The notes: generated by a model from the letters alone, not told the origin. Counted from the stretch's first letter, positions 49,700 through 63,530 are shown. The stretch: DNA of 64,000 bases from Oopsacas minuta (GCA_024704765.1 JAKMXF010000199.1:186001-250000); one strand, 5' to 3'. Translations and numbers: made by a program.

Positions 49700-51100
49700 C
49701 ACTGGATCAGATATTCGTAAATTAGATAAATGTCAGAAAAATCTTTATACAACGCTCTAACAATTAATCAACCTCTCTCAAGGGTCATTCCCATTTCGCT
49801 TGGTGAAATGATCAGTAGCGATCAGACAAATAGCGAAATCACACATTTTCTGCAAACATGGCGTAATTATGTCAAAAAATTTTTAAACAAAGATACCACT
49901 CCTACTCGCAACGAAGTCGACTTTAGCTGGCTAATGTTGCACAGTACTTGTAATGCATTCAATTCTTAAAGTCTAGAAATATACCAGACCCACTGCTGGC
50001 AAAAATTCATCATACTTGATAATCCACATTTGCTCAGCTCACATAATGCACAGGTTTAGTTACAAACTAGAAAAGAAAAGTTCTCTAAGCCATCCAAAAG
50101 GACGAAACAAAATATAATGTTTATAATGACTAGGCTAACAAGTTCAACAACCCTGGAATACATGAGTGAAATTCTCACAGCTTTATGCATTTCCTGTTTT
50201 GCAAAGGTGAGGTCCCAAAAACAACATAATGCATTAATAAACTTGAAGATGCAATATCTCAGCCGTGAGTAATAATGACTCTATATCTGACATAGAATAC
50301 CTAGAAGAATTGGAAGAAGAAATGCCGAATGAACAATTGGGGTAGCTTGACCTACAAAGAAAAATCAACCTTTGGTAGACATTTTCAGGATATTTTCAGT
50401 AGTGCTCAACTTTTACACGAAATTTAAGCATAAAATACTTGCATCATTCTTTTGAGGAAAATATAGAATATTACTTACCTGATTTGCCAGGGATTTTGGC
50501 AACTCAATATATGCCAATCTCCCCACTATGGACAGGTGTAATACTTGGTCCGATATTATTCCTTGGGAAGTTAGATGTCACGTTCACAAATTCAATTGCA
50601 GAAAATTGGATGCGCATTATGAAAATTAGCATATTGCAGAATGAAACTAAGTTAAGACCTGGTAATTATATAAGAAAGGTACGTGAAGACATTTCTGGCA
50701 GAATAAAAGCCTTAAACTTTGCATTCCTGCCCATAAGCAACAAAGTATTCAAAAGGATAAAAGTATAGGGAAAGGATACTACACAAGTGGAGAAAGAAGG
50801 AAGGGAAGTCAAAGAAGCAAACGTAGCTATTTTAGTAGAACAGAACATTCTAAAATGTGAGTAAAGACAGCCAAGCAAACTTGAGGAGAAATATAAGACT
50901 TAATCTGCACAATCCTGAAGAAAACGAAAAGAACCCGATAAAAATGGACTTTTGCAAGATAAAGAATGACTATACTTTCCATAATCCAGTAATTGCCAAG
51001 TCTCATGTTATCAAGATTATCGATCATGGGAGATTCTGTCCTGTAAACCCAACCTGGCAAAAAAGAAAAATGCAACGAAATCATGCTTACATTTGTTAGT
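49700..51100 (+). pseudogene. Heavily degenerate coding remnant, possibly a MULE-related transposase C-terminus
   Basis: PLWTG...TNSIAENWMRIMKISILQNETKLRPGNYIRK resembles the TN..VE.W...LK motif after MULE cores; family assignment weak. Confidence 0.35.
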
Positions 51101-51823
51101 CGAGTTATATATGATAATCAAGCTACTGATAAATCCCTGGAAATACGGAAATTGGTCCCATCGAAAGAAAAGCGTATTGCTCCGGATGGAATTGTTTGTT
51201 CAGTTCTCTCTCCTATATCTTAACAGGTACTGACCATAATCACAGTGAAATTAGGCATTATTAGTATCCAATATGAGAGGGAATCAAAGATATTCGTTCA
51301 AATTACTTCAATTCGCACTCAACTTTATTCGCTATAACAAACTATTGTTCAATCGAGGAGCATATACAGTTTGACCGAACAGGCTCTTGGGGTACAGACC
51401 TGGAGATATTTTAGCAGCACAATTGCTCAAAACAGACATATTCCTATCTAAAGATTTGGACCGCTGTTGGAATATATATTCGACTTAAGGATTCAACGAT
51501 AAGAAAGATGCACACCTGTTAACAGAAAAGAAGACATTTCTTCGTCTCCACTTAAGTCATTTTCAACCAGTGACTAAACCTAATTCAGAAGATAAAGTGA
51601 ATTTGAGGGACAAAGAATCTGAATTAGATCCTACTAGATACAAACAGCAAGTAATTACTTCTAATCAACAATATTAGCTAGGAGTAAGTCATCAAGTAGC
51701 ATGTTATCCAGCAAATCAACAAGGGAAATTAGAAAAGTAGTCCCTAACTCCATATACCATTATTTTCCTAGGATTATATTACATCATTTGATTGCTTGCA
51801 TGAATTAACAAATTATCTAAACT

Positions 51824-52090
51824 ACCTAGCCTAGTATTGATAACTCCAAATGGCACCTCTCTACGCCCCCATGATACCAGAATTATACCGATTCAAAGTG
51901 TGCTCGATTTTACAAAATTGTGAAATTTTTCGATATTTGTGCAACGTCATTGTAAGTCATATAGGTATCAGAGTAGGATAAAATGAAAATGACAGAAATT
52001 ACCTAGCTTAGTACTGATATTAGTCCAAATGGCACCTCTCTACGCCCCATGATATCATAATTATAACGAATCAAAGTATGCTCGATTTCT
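51824..52090 (+). repeat. Direct repeat of about 90 bp, period about 180 bp
   Basis: acctagc.tagta.tgata...tccaaatggcacctctctacgcccc(c)atgata...tcaaagt.tgctcgattt occurs twice. Confidence 0.8.
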
Positions 52091-52689
52091 CGCTCTTAGC
52101 TCGCTGTAACTTCAGATATGGAAAAATCTTAAGTTACTGAAAATATATACTACCAAAAACTCAAATGTTCTCATAGGTAATTTGACTATTACTCAAAACT
52201 GCATCTGTTATGGCTCCGAACATTGTGAAATCCTTTATTCCATAACGTGGTTAAGCGGACATCAAAGTGCTGTATGGTGTATTTTACAAATGGGTGGCGT
52301 TTTTTGTGAATTTAATTCTCCAATTTCAATTTTGAGTTCTTCTAGAATCGGGAGATTGATTTTATAGACTTTGATGGAACATTCAGGAAACGACTTTTTA
52401 TGTCCGCCACCATTCTAGGTGAACACCCACAATAGACCTTTTCAATGATAGAATTCCTATATTTGTATTTACCTTTGAGTATCACCCAACAACTCCACCT
52501 TAGCGATAATTACAAATGTCCGAATCCCATGATAACATCCAAAATCTTAAAACAGGTTCTATACCTTTGAGTAACCTAATTAAATAGATTCGTACTATTG
52601 CTTCGACATATATTCTAACAATATCCGCTAATAATCCAGGACTTCATCATCAACAAGTGAACAGTACAAGCTTTGCGAAGTTACTGATA

Positions 52690-53420
52690 ACAAAGTAATT
52701 GCGTGAGACTTTTTCTCTCCCGTAGAATACAGAATGACAATGTTCGCAAATATCCACATTTTCATTTATACCATCTGATGAACTTTCCTATCATGTTTGT
52801 TAAAGTATATTTCCCAAATTGTACTCCACACGAACATGGTCAAATATATTGCTTTATGATAACGAGTGCGAAGTTAGGTGAATATTCGACCATCAGTATT
52901 TGAACCATTAATTTGACCAACTTCCCATGGTCAGAATGTAAATATTTTTGTACCATTTGAAAGAAAAGATACGGACGTTGCTGAGAATGAATATATATTG
53001 TACAAACTTTCACTTTTTCTAATAGAAATTGGTAGATCTAACCGGCAGTAGTTCACATATGAATTTAGTATACTTAGAAAATTATTTTTCCTTGAAATCA
53101 TGTGCATCTATTCCTGCTGTATTGACGTTTATGTATTTAAAATATTACGTTAAAATATCCAACACTTTTTGAGGAATTTAAGTTGAAAACTATCGTGTTT
53201 GAGTCGAGTCTCTATAGATTTGTACTAAGCATACAAATTCAATGAAACATTCTGATCCATTTTATCTATACGCATACAGATTACTGCAATATCAACTGTT
53301 TGATCTCAGTTGGCTCATTATGAATTGCTCAATGAATTATAGAAACTACGAGTAATTTCAATTATGTCATAGCATTTAGTTTCCATATACGTGTATTCCA
53401 AAATAATTCAAATATAATCA
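52690..53420. repeat. Left arm of a long diverged inverted repeat (partner 57170-57995)
   Basis: For example aacttcccatggtcagaatgtaaatatttttgtaccatt is the reverse complement of 57640-57678; colinear similarity over about 700 bp. Confidence 0.85.
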
Positions 53421-53639
53421 ATGTTTGAAATGTCGAGTAGAAATGAACAATTCAGAATTATTTGCTAATTCTCAATGAATTAATCAACTGAAGTCAGATG
53501 TGCCATGCAATAATTAAATACGATAAATAGTCACATGATAATTTCCCCATTTGAAATACAAAATAGGGTTTCTGAAGAGTAAACTACTTGAAATAGTCCT
53601 TATGTATTTCGATAAACCTATATTATTAAATCTCAATGA

Positions 53640-54420
53640 TTATCTGTCCTTTTGTTTGTCCGTTGTCAACGAAAGGATTTACGGTATGCAAAGTTGAGAT
53701 TGTCGCATAGCTACGTAATTATCGTGTTTATCAAGGAAGTAAATAGAATTCAATATAACTTCTGTAAATATATCAAACATGCTAAATCCGATTTTAACAC
53801 TTGGATTAATCATATGTGAATTTATTGTTGTTTTATGAATATAAAGTAAACAAATTGGCCAAAATTTCAAACATAGATACGGGCTAGCTGTAAACGGCCA
53901 CACAGGGGTAATACAATACTCTGAATCCGAATTTCACATTTTCAAGCATTTCAGATGCAAATTTATTGGTACACTGGGGTAATCGAGAATGCTGAGTCCG
54001 AATATGATATTGTAAACAACATATTGTGAATATTTGTTGGCTTTTAGGTATATAAAGTAAACAAATATCAAAATAGAGGTAGAATCATACTTTCAACGAC
54101 CTTACTGGAGTAATCGAGCATGCTGAGTCCGAATATGGCATTCTTTGTTTGTTGTTCCTTCGATATGTAAATGTATTGTTGTTTTTATGAATATAAAGTA
54201 AACAAATCAGCAAAATCTCAAAATTTACATAGATACTTGCTCTCAATGGCTACAAATGGGGTGATCTCACAAAAATAATTCAATAATATGTATGCTATAT
54301 ACGTTTATTTGTGAATTACATTGTTCTAAATATATCTATATTATAAAACTCAAAGGCCGTCAATTTGGAGCTTAATGGATACCTCGAGGCGTAATGCGTC
54401 GAGTTCATCGCGAAGCGAAG
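53640..54420 (+). mobile_element. Non-autonomous element with internal tandem units of about 130-200 bp (Helitron/HINE-like)
   Basis: tgtttgtccgttg head shared with 24750-24780; repeated gaatataaagtaaacaaat...ggggtaatcgag.atgctgagtccgaatat units. Confidence 0.5.
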
Positions 54421-55177
54421 AGTCAAAGGCTCTCTTATCCTTTGTTTCATCCATTCATAAACAAACTTTAGTTTTTATCACTTTCATTAAAAAATGTTTT
54501 ACGACTCTACAAATCTAAACTCTTATACAAGTCTTATTAACAAAGGTTTGTAGTCTATTTTTCAATATACATTAGAACCTCGTTAATACGTACACCAGTT
54601 ATGCCCAACTGGCGGACCGCGGTCCGGAACGGACCTTTCTTCAATCTAGTCCGGACCGCAAGCTTTGTATTGAATTCATCCAAACTCCTTTTAAAATTCT
54701 GACTATCTACCAAATATTTTCTATGTATTTACTTTTGAGATATTTTTTGCAAACCGTATTTTATATACTATTTCTATACTATTTCATTTGAATAGATACT
54801 TTACTTACACTGATTTATTACATTAGTTATTATTCCAAGTAAATAGTTTTTGACTTTTATGTACTTTTTAGCATTAGATTCATAGTAGGAAATTTAGTGG
54901 GATATTGCAGTTTTAAGGAAGTGATTAATCTAGTGAAATATATAAGTTGTGGACCACTGATCCTTTTGGTATATATATATGGACCTTTATGAAATCCTTT
55001 AGGCACCTATGACGTGCACCAAGAGACAGTCGAGATTTGTACTCCTTATCCGGAGTACGCATTAACCGGAGTAAAACAATTGAATTTCCATTGTACGGAT
55101 AAAAAAGTGGTAAAATTATGTTCGTCTTAACAAGAAATTCGCATTGAATGTGTTCGTATCAACGAAGTTTCACCGTA

Positions 55178-55274
55178 CAGTATTTCTCGAATAGAACCCG
55201 GGACGATAATATATTTCGAGGATCCTTCAGGGGGGCGATTATTCGAAGGGCTACTTACTATTCGAGGAAAAATG
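55178..55274. mobile_element. Tiny pogo-like MITE
   Basis: Imperfect TIRs ca.t.ttt(c)ctcgaatag with TA on both sides. Confidence 0.4.
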
Positions 55275-56489
55275 TATCTAAATTATGCCCTATAAATCAA
55301 AGATTGTATTATTTCATCACATTTTGGAATCATCTTTCGTTTCGACCCTCCTTCAATGGAACCAAATAGTTTCATTACTTCAAGTGGAATCAATATGTAA
55401 CTTCCTTTATTTCTATTTAAATTATTTCCGTGGCATCGGAATGCATGTTAGATGTGTAATAATTAAATGCTATAACAAAAGTTAGATATATATTTCTGGT
55501 GAGTACGGCGCATAAAGCAGTTTTATGTTCCGTTTTTAGTTCAACGAGAGCGTCAGCAGTTACTTTTACCTATTGACTCCACTTTCAATTCATACAAAGA
55601 GGCTGTGAGCTTGCATTATGTTGGCCCTAGCGCTAGCGATTCTATTTGGGGCATTATTTGTAAAAAAACTACATGGCAGCAATAATCCGGCTCAACGAAA
55701 ATCGATATATTTGAAATGGAAAATAATTCACATAATATCCGTGCGTTAATCGAGCGAGTGTCCATCCATCAGTCTCGCCTCAGCCATCTATAGATTTCAT
55801 ACAGTGTAAATCGATTTCTCCATGTCCACCATCTCCACAAAGTACAACAAAATAATTGATTGTGAGTTATAATCTCGACCTTTCTCAATAGAGGATTTGC
55901 CAACTATTCAAACTGCCACAATTGATCGAGATATTGTTCATTGCCTGGAATCTTCATTCCTGTATTCCTTCTGTCCTACCCCTCGTTTATGTATTTCTAT
56001 ATCTGATTCCTTACATATAGCTTAGCTATAGTACAGTTATACATAATAATATAAAAACCTCGTGTCCTCATTTGAAATGGTGACTTTCATTTATCTGAAA
56101 AAATGACCTTTCCTTGATGATAGAAAAGCTATACCCAAAACTGTACTTAATATAGCTATATATAAGTTATTTGTTTCTTTCTCTGCTGTTTCTATATTTA
56201 CCTCTATTTGCTTACTCATTATGCACCTATCAATGTTTGTCTCCAGGTCCTCCGGCCGGGTTCTGGCAGTGAGTGAGGATTTATGGTGGAAATGACCCCA
56301 AATTGTGTGAGCATTTGACATCTAGACTGATAACATTACATAAGTAAAGATTATATTGTCCCTATAACCTACATAAAGATAATACAGGGTATTTGATATT
56401 TGAAATCGCTCAGGGGTGGGAAAATTGAAAAATCCTCGTATCAAATACACACCAATGACCCATATAGATGGAAAGTACTAACAACACTT

Positions 56490-56882
56490 CAGAGCATTAC
56501 GCGCTCCTAATTTCTGGAGCGCGCTTCAGCGCTGAAAAGTGAGCTCGCTTCCACCTCCACTCCCTACTCAGAAACGGAGCACACTCGGCTCCCGCTCCAA
56601 TTGCTCTCCTCTTCATTCTTACAGGAGCACATGAGATTTGTATTTTAAGTTGTCAGGACTAAATTTAACCATTATACAAACGGGAAATTGCTAAATGTGC
56701 AACGTTAACCATTTCAATAAATTGTGAATTATACAAAAGTGTCCCAGTATCCACATTTTATAGCAAGAATACTGTATTTGATGCAGAATAACGATGATAT
56801 TTGTAAATTGTTTGCAATTAAATAGGAGCGCGCGCTCCAGGTCCCGTTCCTCAAAATTGGATGGCACTCCTTTTATGCTCTG
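56490..56882. mobile_element. hAT-like MITE with CAGAGCAT termini (copy 1)
   Basis: cagagcat...atgctctg termini, GGAGCG-rich subterminal motifs; inverted relative at 61169-61620; TSD only 5/8. Confidence 0.55.
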
Positions 56883-57169
56883 TAACACAGCGTAAACTCT
56901 GAAGCATAATGTTAGCCCTATGAGCGATGAACAATTAAAGGGGAAAATACGAGCGATCCTAAGAATGATAAACAATCACAAGGACAAACGATAGAAATAG
57001 ATTTTGATATAACAGTAAAAGTGAAGATAAATAATCTAACCTAGAATATATATGCGAGTTCTTATAACTCATAACTTCTGCTACCTACTTGAGAGGTACA
57101 CAACAACTAAATACATTAACTCGTAAGACTACAAATCAAGGCTATGCAAGGATTATATATCCATATAAT

Positions 57170-57995
57170 AATTGATTATATTTGAACTATTTTGGAATAC
57201 ACGTATATGGAAACTAAATGCTGTGACATACTTGAAATACTCGTAGTTTTCATAATTCAATGAGTAATTCATAATGAACCATCTGAAATCAATCAGGGAT
57301 ATTCCAGAAATCTGTATACGTTACTATAGTTAGAATGGATCAGAATGTTTCATTAAATTTGTGTGTTTAGTAGAATTCTAATAAAGACTCTACTCAAAAA
57401 AGACAGTTTTCAAACCTAAATATCACAAAAGTGTTAGATGTTTTAACATAATATTTTAACACACAACCGTCTATACAGCAGGAATCCATGCCCATGATTT
57501 TAGGAAAAAATAGTTTGTTTAAGTATACTAAATTCATGTGTGAATTACTGCTGGTTAGATGCACCAATTTCCACTTAAAAAAAATAAAAGTTTATAAAAT
57601 ATAAATTGATTCTCAGAAATGTCTGTTTCCCTTCCTTCTAATGGTACAAAAATATTTACATTCTGACCATGGGAAGTTAGTCAAATTAATGGTTGAAGTA
57701 CTGCTGGTCGAATATTCAGCTAACTTTACACCCGCCAAACAGACTATCGTCTGCAAGTTAAAAATAACATTTGGTTTTAAATACTCTAGGGGTCAGAATA
57801 AATGGGGAGGTGAAATATATACGGGTCTGAAATATCCAACGTGTAGAATTATATAAATAGATTATATTTTATAGAATCCAGATAATTCGTGAAAACAGCC
57901 ATTAGAATCATTGATCAAAGTTTTCTTGTGTCAATATTCGAAATTTAATACAAGGGGAATTGAAATACGCAGGAGAGGTAAATCAAGAAATTAAT
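57170..57995. repeat. Right arm of the long diverged inverted repeat
   Basis: Reverse-complement similarity to 52690-53420. Confidence 0.85.
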
Positions 57996-58224
57996 AAGTG
58001 GGGTGGGCAAGTGTATTCAGACCCCTAAAGCAGGGTTTTTCAAACTCTCACGGGCCAAGGGCACACTTTTAAAAAAATTGATCATGATCACACACAGGTA
58101 GACTTATTTGGGCAAGGCCACGTTTGGTCATGTTGGCCAAGTTGTTAAAATGGTCATGGAACTCAACTTAACTAAAACGGTATTTCTAACCATCAACCTA
58201 GGTTGCTGAAAGTTTAGAATAGAG

Positions 58225-60582
58225 CAGGGGTCGGCAACCTTTTGAGCCTGCGGGCCAGATTGAGTCTTTCAGTGTATTGCGCGGGCCAAGCGATCACCAT
58301 TCTCTGATCTTATTCGAAATTTATCAATTGTCGAATTGGTAATTATAAATAAATATGTTAGAATTGTCTTTAATAATGGAAGAAAACTAGAATAAGTGAA
58401 TTATTAATGCAATTCTTGATGCTGTCCGTCCTTTGACAGTCTTATTACATCAGATGATATTGTAGAAGTTAATAATCGCATTACATTTTCCTAATGGTCG
58501 TCCTTTAATCTCGTTCTTAGCTTGTTTTTTGCATATTTCATTCTTGAGAAAAGTTGCTCGCAAACATAAGTACCACCAAAAAGTACTGCAATTGTCTTGG
58601 CATGCTTCCTCAGTACTGGAAATTTGTCATTTGTCAAGTACTTCTGATAGAATACCACAAGAGAAAGATCCCGATACCTTGACTTAAGCTCAACAGAATT
58701 TTGAAGCTCGATTAGCTCCAATTGCATCTCTTCTGGGGCTTCAATATAATTGACGCCAAATGGACTAGCGAAATAACTGAACTCCCTTTGATACTTCTCT
58801 ACGTCAGCAAACCGGATATCAAATTGTACGCTTAGATCAGATATAAAAGTAGAATAGTAAGTTACATCAATTGGCTGATTTGCATTAAGACTAGGAAAAT
58901 GTACACAACTCTGCTGATTCAATTGAAACTCCCACAATCGCAACTTAGCTTGAAATGCACATACATGTTCATAAAGGACGTTAACTAACTGGTTCTTTCC
59001 CTGTAGTTTCAAATTTAAACTGTTCAAGTGATTGGTAGTATCCACACGAAAAGCAAAATCTGACAACCATTTTGAATCACTAAATTCAGGAACTTCCAAA
59101 CCCCTTTCTCTAACGAATGTCGTCAATTCATTCCTCAGCTGATACACTCTCTCTAGCATAAGCGAACTTCGCAATAATATAATAAATGACCGTATTGAGA
59201 ATCTATCTCTTCCATCAGTTGTTGAAATTGACGATGATTCAACCCCCTTGAGCGTACAAAGTTCACAGTCTTAACAACCACTCGCATGACTTCTTGCATC
59301 CTCAAAGATTTTGCACATAGGGCTACAAGATGAATTTGGTTCCACTTAGGGATACTACAACTGGTTTAAATATTTTTAATGCAGTTAAAAGTGTTATAGT
59401 GACTTTGGTCTAAAATTAGATGATCTTTGTGGAGTGACAACAGATGGTGCCCCAGCAATGACCGGTATCGTGTACGGAGCTGTTTCATTAATTGAAAAAG
59501 AGATGAGAAATGTTGGAATCGAGCGAAATTTAGTACGGACACACTGCATAGCTTGCAAACTCTTCAGTGATATCAAAGTGCGCATTAATCCCTCTTATAA
59601 AAACAGCAACTTGAGCAGTATCCTTGAGATCAGTACTCTCATCCAAAGCAATGGCGAAAAATTCAAATTGGCGCGTAAGTTCTTTTAATGATAGTTTGAC
59701 GTCAGCAGATAAATCTTCAATTCTACGTGTGACAGTTCGTGCAGAAAGACTGATGTTAGCGACAGGCTTTTTTTCTCAGGGCAAACAAAGTCAACCGCAG
59801 TTAGAAGACATTCTTTCACAAATTCTCCATCAGTAAACGGTTTCATTTTTCTGCCAATGATTTCACTGATAGCGAAACTTGCACAAGTACTGTTTGCGGA
59901 TTCGGTATTTTGCTTTGTGAAAATATCTTGTTGTTTACACAGGGATCCTCGTAGAGAATTAATCTTTACTTTTCGCTCTTCTCCAATAATTGAATCAAAT
60001 TTCTCCGAGTGCTTTGTTGTGTAATTTCGCTTTAGATTACACTCTTTTACAACAGCCACAGTTGCATTACATAGTAAACATAAAGGCTTATCTCCAAACA
60101 TAATAAAAAAGTATTGTTCAGTCCAACTTTCCGTGAATGTTCGATTTCCCGATCTACTTTTCTTCTCTTATTTGATGCCATACGTAAATAAATCTGAACA
60201 ACAAAATCACTCGAAAAATGCTAAACTTAAAGATAGTGAAGTTAATGAAAAATTGAAAAAATACTTACTAAAATGCTTTTGAAATCAAGGACTATTTACT
60301 AACAATGATAAGTGAACAAAGAGCAGCCTTGAAAAGACGTAATAATCATATTTATTCAATTATATTATTGACAGGTTGTAACTTGTAAGGTGCTAAAGAA
60401 ATACATTGCGCAAGCACAATCACCACTATTCATTGAACGATGTATTGAACCATGCATTCACCATCAAGGATTATCTTAGAAAAATAATATTCTAAAATTT
60501 TTGCTTCCAATTGATGAACAAATTGGAGTTCACAATATGGATGCTAAGGAGAGCGCCGCGGGCCGGAGGTTGCCGACCGCTG
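58225..60582 (-). mobile_element. hAT transposon (SPIN/GTF2IRD2-like, 2358 bp) with a frameshifted transposase at about 60181-58470
   Basis: 16-bp TIRs cag(g/c)ggtcggcaacct, 8-bp TSD GAATAGAG/GTATAGAG, motifs PLCLLC...NLKR..TKH, VTTDGAPAMTG, HCI, FGGTYVCEQLFSRMK. Confidence 0.93.
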
Positions 60583-61168
60583 GTATAGAGCAACTTATGT
60601 ATTACAGTTTTGCCGTTATGTTATACTTTATAGTTAGAGATTCATTTTCATTTTATATTATAATTCTTCTAAGCATAATGCATTTATATTTGGATTCAAC
60701 TTATACTATTAGTTATATGTGTACAATTAGAATTACAGTACTGATTCTATTAGCTATATATGTACGATTAGAATTACAGTCCTATGTAGGAGCAGGTACA
60801 ATTATGATAAATATTACAAATTAGGATTTGCAAAACAGAATTCAGAAGTTGAACATACCGGTCAAATTCGTTTACAAATAACGTCAGCTGCTCTATATCA
60901 TGTGATGAATAGAAGTTGGTCGTGTAATGATATGGTCCAATCCTACTAGCAAGACCCGAACCAAATAGTTTGATCATGGTTTGTAATGGAAATATTTGGG
61001 CACAGGATTATAGGTTTGAGGTAATTATTCTGAAGGCTAAACTGAATGAAATCATAACAATCAACATCTAAACACAAATCATTCTAGGACTAGGTAGCTC
61101 ACCACAAAAAAGTGTATATAATAAGATGAATTCTATCATAATTTTGAAAAACTCATATGTGAACGTCT

Positions 61169-61620
61169 CAGAGACCTAAAGGAATGCGCTCCAATAATGT
61201 TCTGGAGCGGAAGGTGCAGTGGTGCTCCATTTTTGAAAGAAGGGGGAGTGGCCTATTATTTAATTGCAAACATTTTACAAATTTTATCGATACTATAAAT
61301 AAAATTCAGTATTCTTGCTATTGAAGAAGGATGGGACACTTATGTATAATTCACAATGTATTGAAATGGTTTGAAGTTGTATATTCACCAATTTCTCGTA
61401 TGTACAATGGTTAAAGTAAACCTGATTGCATAAAATACAATCTATTTTGAATATGAAAGAATAAAAGGAGAGCAATTGGAGCGAGTTCCATTTTCCAGGA
61501 ACGGGAGCAGGAGTGCACTTCATTTCTCAATAAGGAGCGGAGGTGGAAACGTCGCTCATTTCAAGGCGGGAGCGCTGGACAAGAGCGCGCTCCAAAAAAT
61601 GAGGAGCGCTAAATGCTCTG
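61169..61620. mobile_element. hAT-like MITE (copy 2, inverted relative to 56490-56882)
   Basis: Reverse-complement similarity (ggagagcaattggagcg..., tttaattgcaaaca.tttacaaat); ends atgctctg. Confidence 0.55.
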
Positions 61621-62479
61621 GAAGTTAGACGTAAACTACCCAAGATAACGTCACTTTTGTCCTCCAACAGGAATAGTGTACTATTACATACCTAGGTAAT
61701 TGGTTATTTGGACAATAATTTGCACAAATTATCCCCGAGATAGTACCTATTTATGAACCCTTCGATTCGGAAAAGAACAGTTATGAAAATGGCAATTTTG
61801 CTACAGATAACCTCGCAAAACAGGGATAGGGTAATATTTTCTTGATTAATTCAAATTGCATGGAAAACCTCATTAACAAGGTAAATGTTAAATATTGCCT
61901 TAGGTTAACGAGGCCTAAAACACATTCAGTTATCACGTTAAAAGGGATTATTCCGAATGATCCAATAAAACAGAGTTGACTAGGGGTAAACTTCCGGTAT
62001 ATAGAAGAAGGCAATTTGAAATAGTTGCTTGAATCAAAGTCTGGCACTGTGCAAACAATGTACCAACTGTCTAGTACATTTACTCAATGGCTTAAGGTTT
62101 CAAGGAAGAAAATTCCACTCAAATTTTCACAAAATCGTAATAATAAATTCCAGGAATTCAAATATATCTAGGTGTCTTTTTCGCCAAATTTTTTGAAATA
62201 TTTGTCAGTGTTACAATAATTGAAACCAGAGGCGGTTCCAGTATTTCGCATAGCCTGGGCCAAGATTACAAACCAGGGTAAATATTATTATATAATGGGC
62301 AGTGATGGTCTGAAGATATGGCAAAAGGGAACCAGATCGGGGCCCAGATTTTCAAATCCGTGGCAAAAGCACAGTTTGCCCCACACTGAGAGCTCTACTG
62401 ATTGATTGATTGATTGATACATTAGAAGTAATATAACAAATAGACAAATATATACTATTAAAACTCAAATAATCTCTAT

Positions 62480-63014
62480 ACATATGTTTGTATATCCAGA
62501 ATTGATTGAAGAAACTGAAGGACCACAGGGCTGATTTTTGGCATACAGGGGTATTTTGGGCCAGGCTTGGACAGGTTCGGGTCATGGACGAAAATTCAGA
62601 CCTAATTATGATGTCATTACAATCTTTTTGGATTTCAAAAATAAAATTATTACCCACGGCTCAGTCAATATGCATGATAGAAGTTTGAAATTTGAATCAC
62701 AGATACTCCTTAATGTGACAAATGTCCTGGTGTCATGATCCTGACAAAAATATATCATCATGGGATTATCACGTCGTCATGACTGAACAAAAAAGTCAAA
62801 ATTTTCCTGATTTCTTCTACACGAGGGATGTAGTGCCGAGACTACTAACTAAAAGCGACATAACATCTCCGGTGTCACCATAGAAGCCCATTGAATGTAA
62901 TTAGGATGGACCATGGATAATAATATCTTAAAATATTAACAATTCTGTGAATTCGAGGCACGTAATGCTGAGTATATTGTGTCGCGCAGCGACCTAGCAA
63001 GCGAAGCGCACTAG
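62480..63014 (+). mobile_element. Copy of the Helitron-like family with the best-preserved 3' end
   Basis: gtcgc-gca-gcgac hairpin, then gcaagcgaagcgcaCTAG|t at 63011-63015. 5' boundary approximate. Confidence 0.6.
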
Positions 63015-63530
63015 TATATGTTGCAATGACAACCATAAAGAAATCCGCGTATCTCGAATTGATTATCGTGGGTGCTTGAGCTTCGATATAACAAGAGTTG
63101 TTTTACCTTTTAAGAATATTGGAAGCCAATGTAACGTAACTATATTAGGCAAATAAGACTACTCTAAATCCGAATTTGAAATTTAAGATATTTCATATGA
63201 AAAATATAGTTGTTTGATGAGTAGAATGTAAATAAAAAATATGAAAATCACAATGATAAGTAAATATCAACTCTCAACTGTTGTGTAGAAGGCAAAATAT
63301 GTATTCGCATGTTAGACTCTGGAAAATGTAAATGTACCAATCAATTTATGACTAAATGCATTAAGCATAAATTAGATAATGGGAATCATCAATAAATACT
63401 GTATTTCTAAATAAGCCCCCTTCAATTTGGAAATGAACGTCTAGTTCATTATAATGAAACGAGCAAAAGCTGGCATAAATGTATGCATGAAGAGATAAAA
63501 AAAAGTATTATAGTATAACAAAGAACTGAC

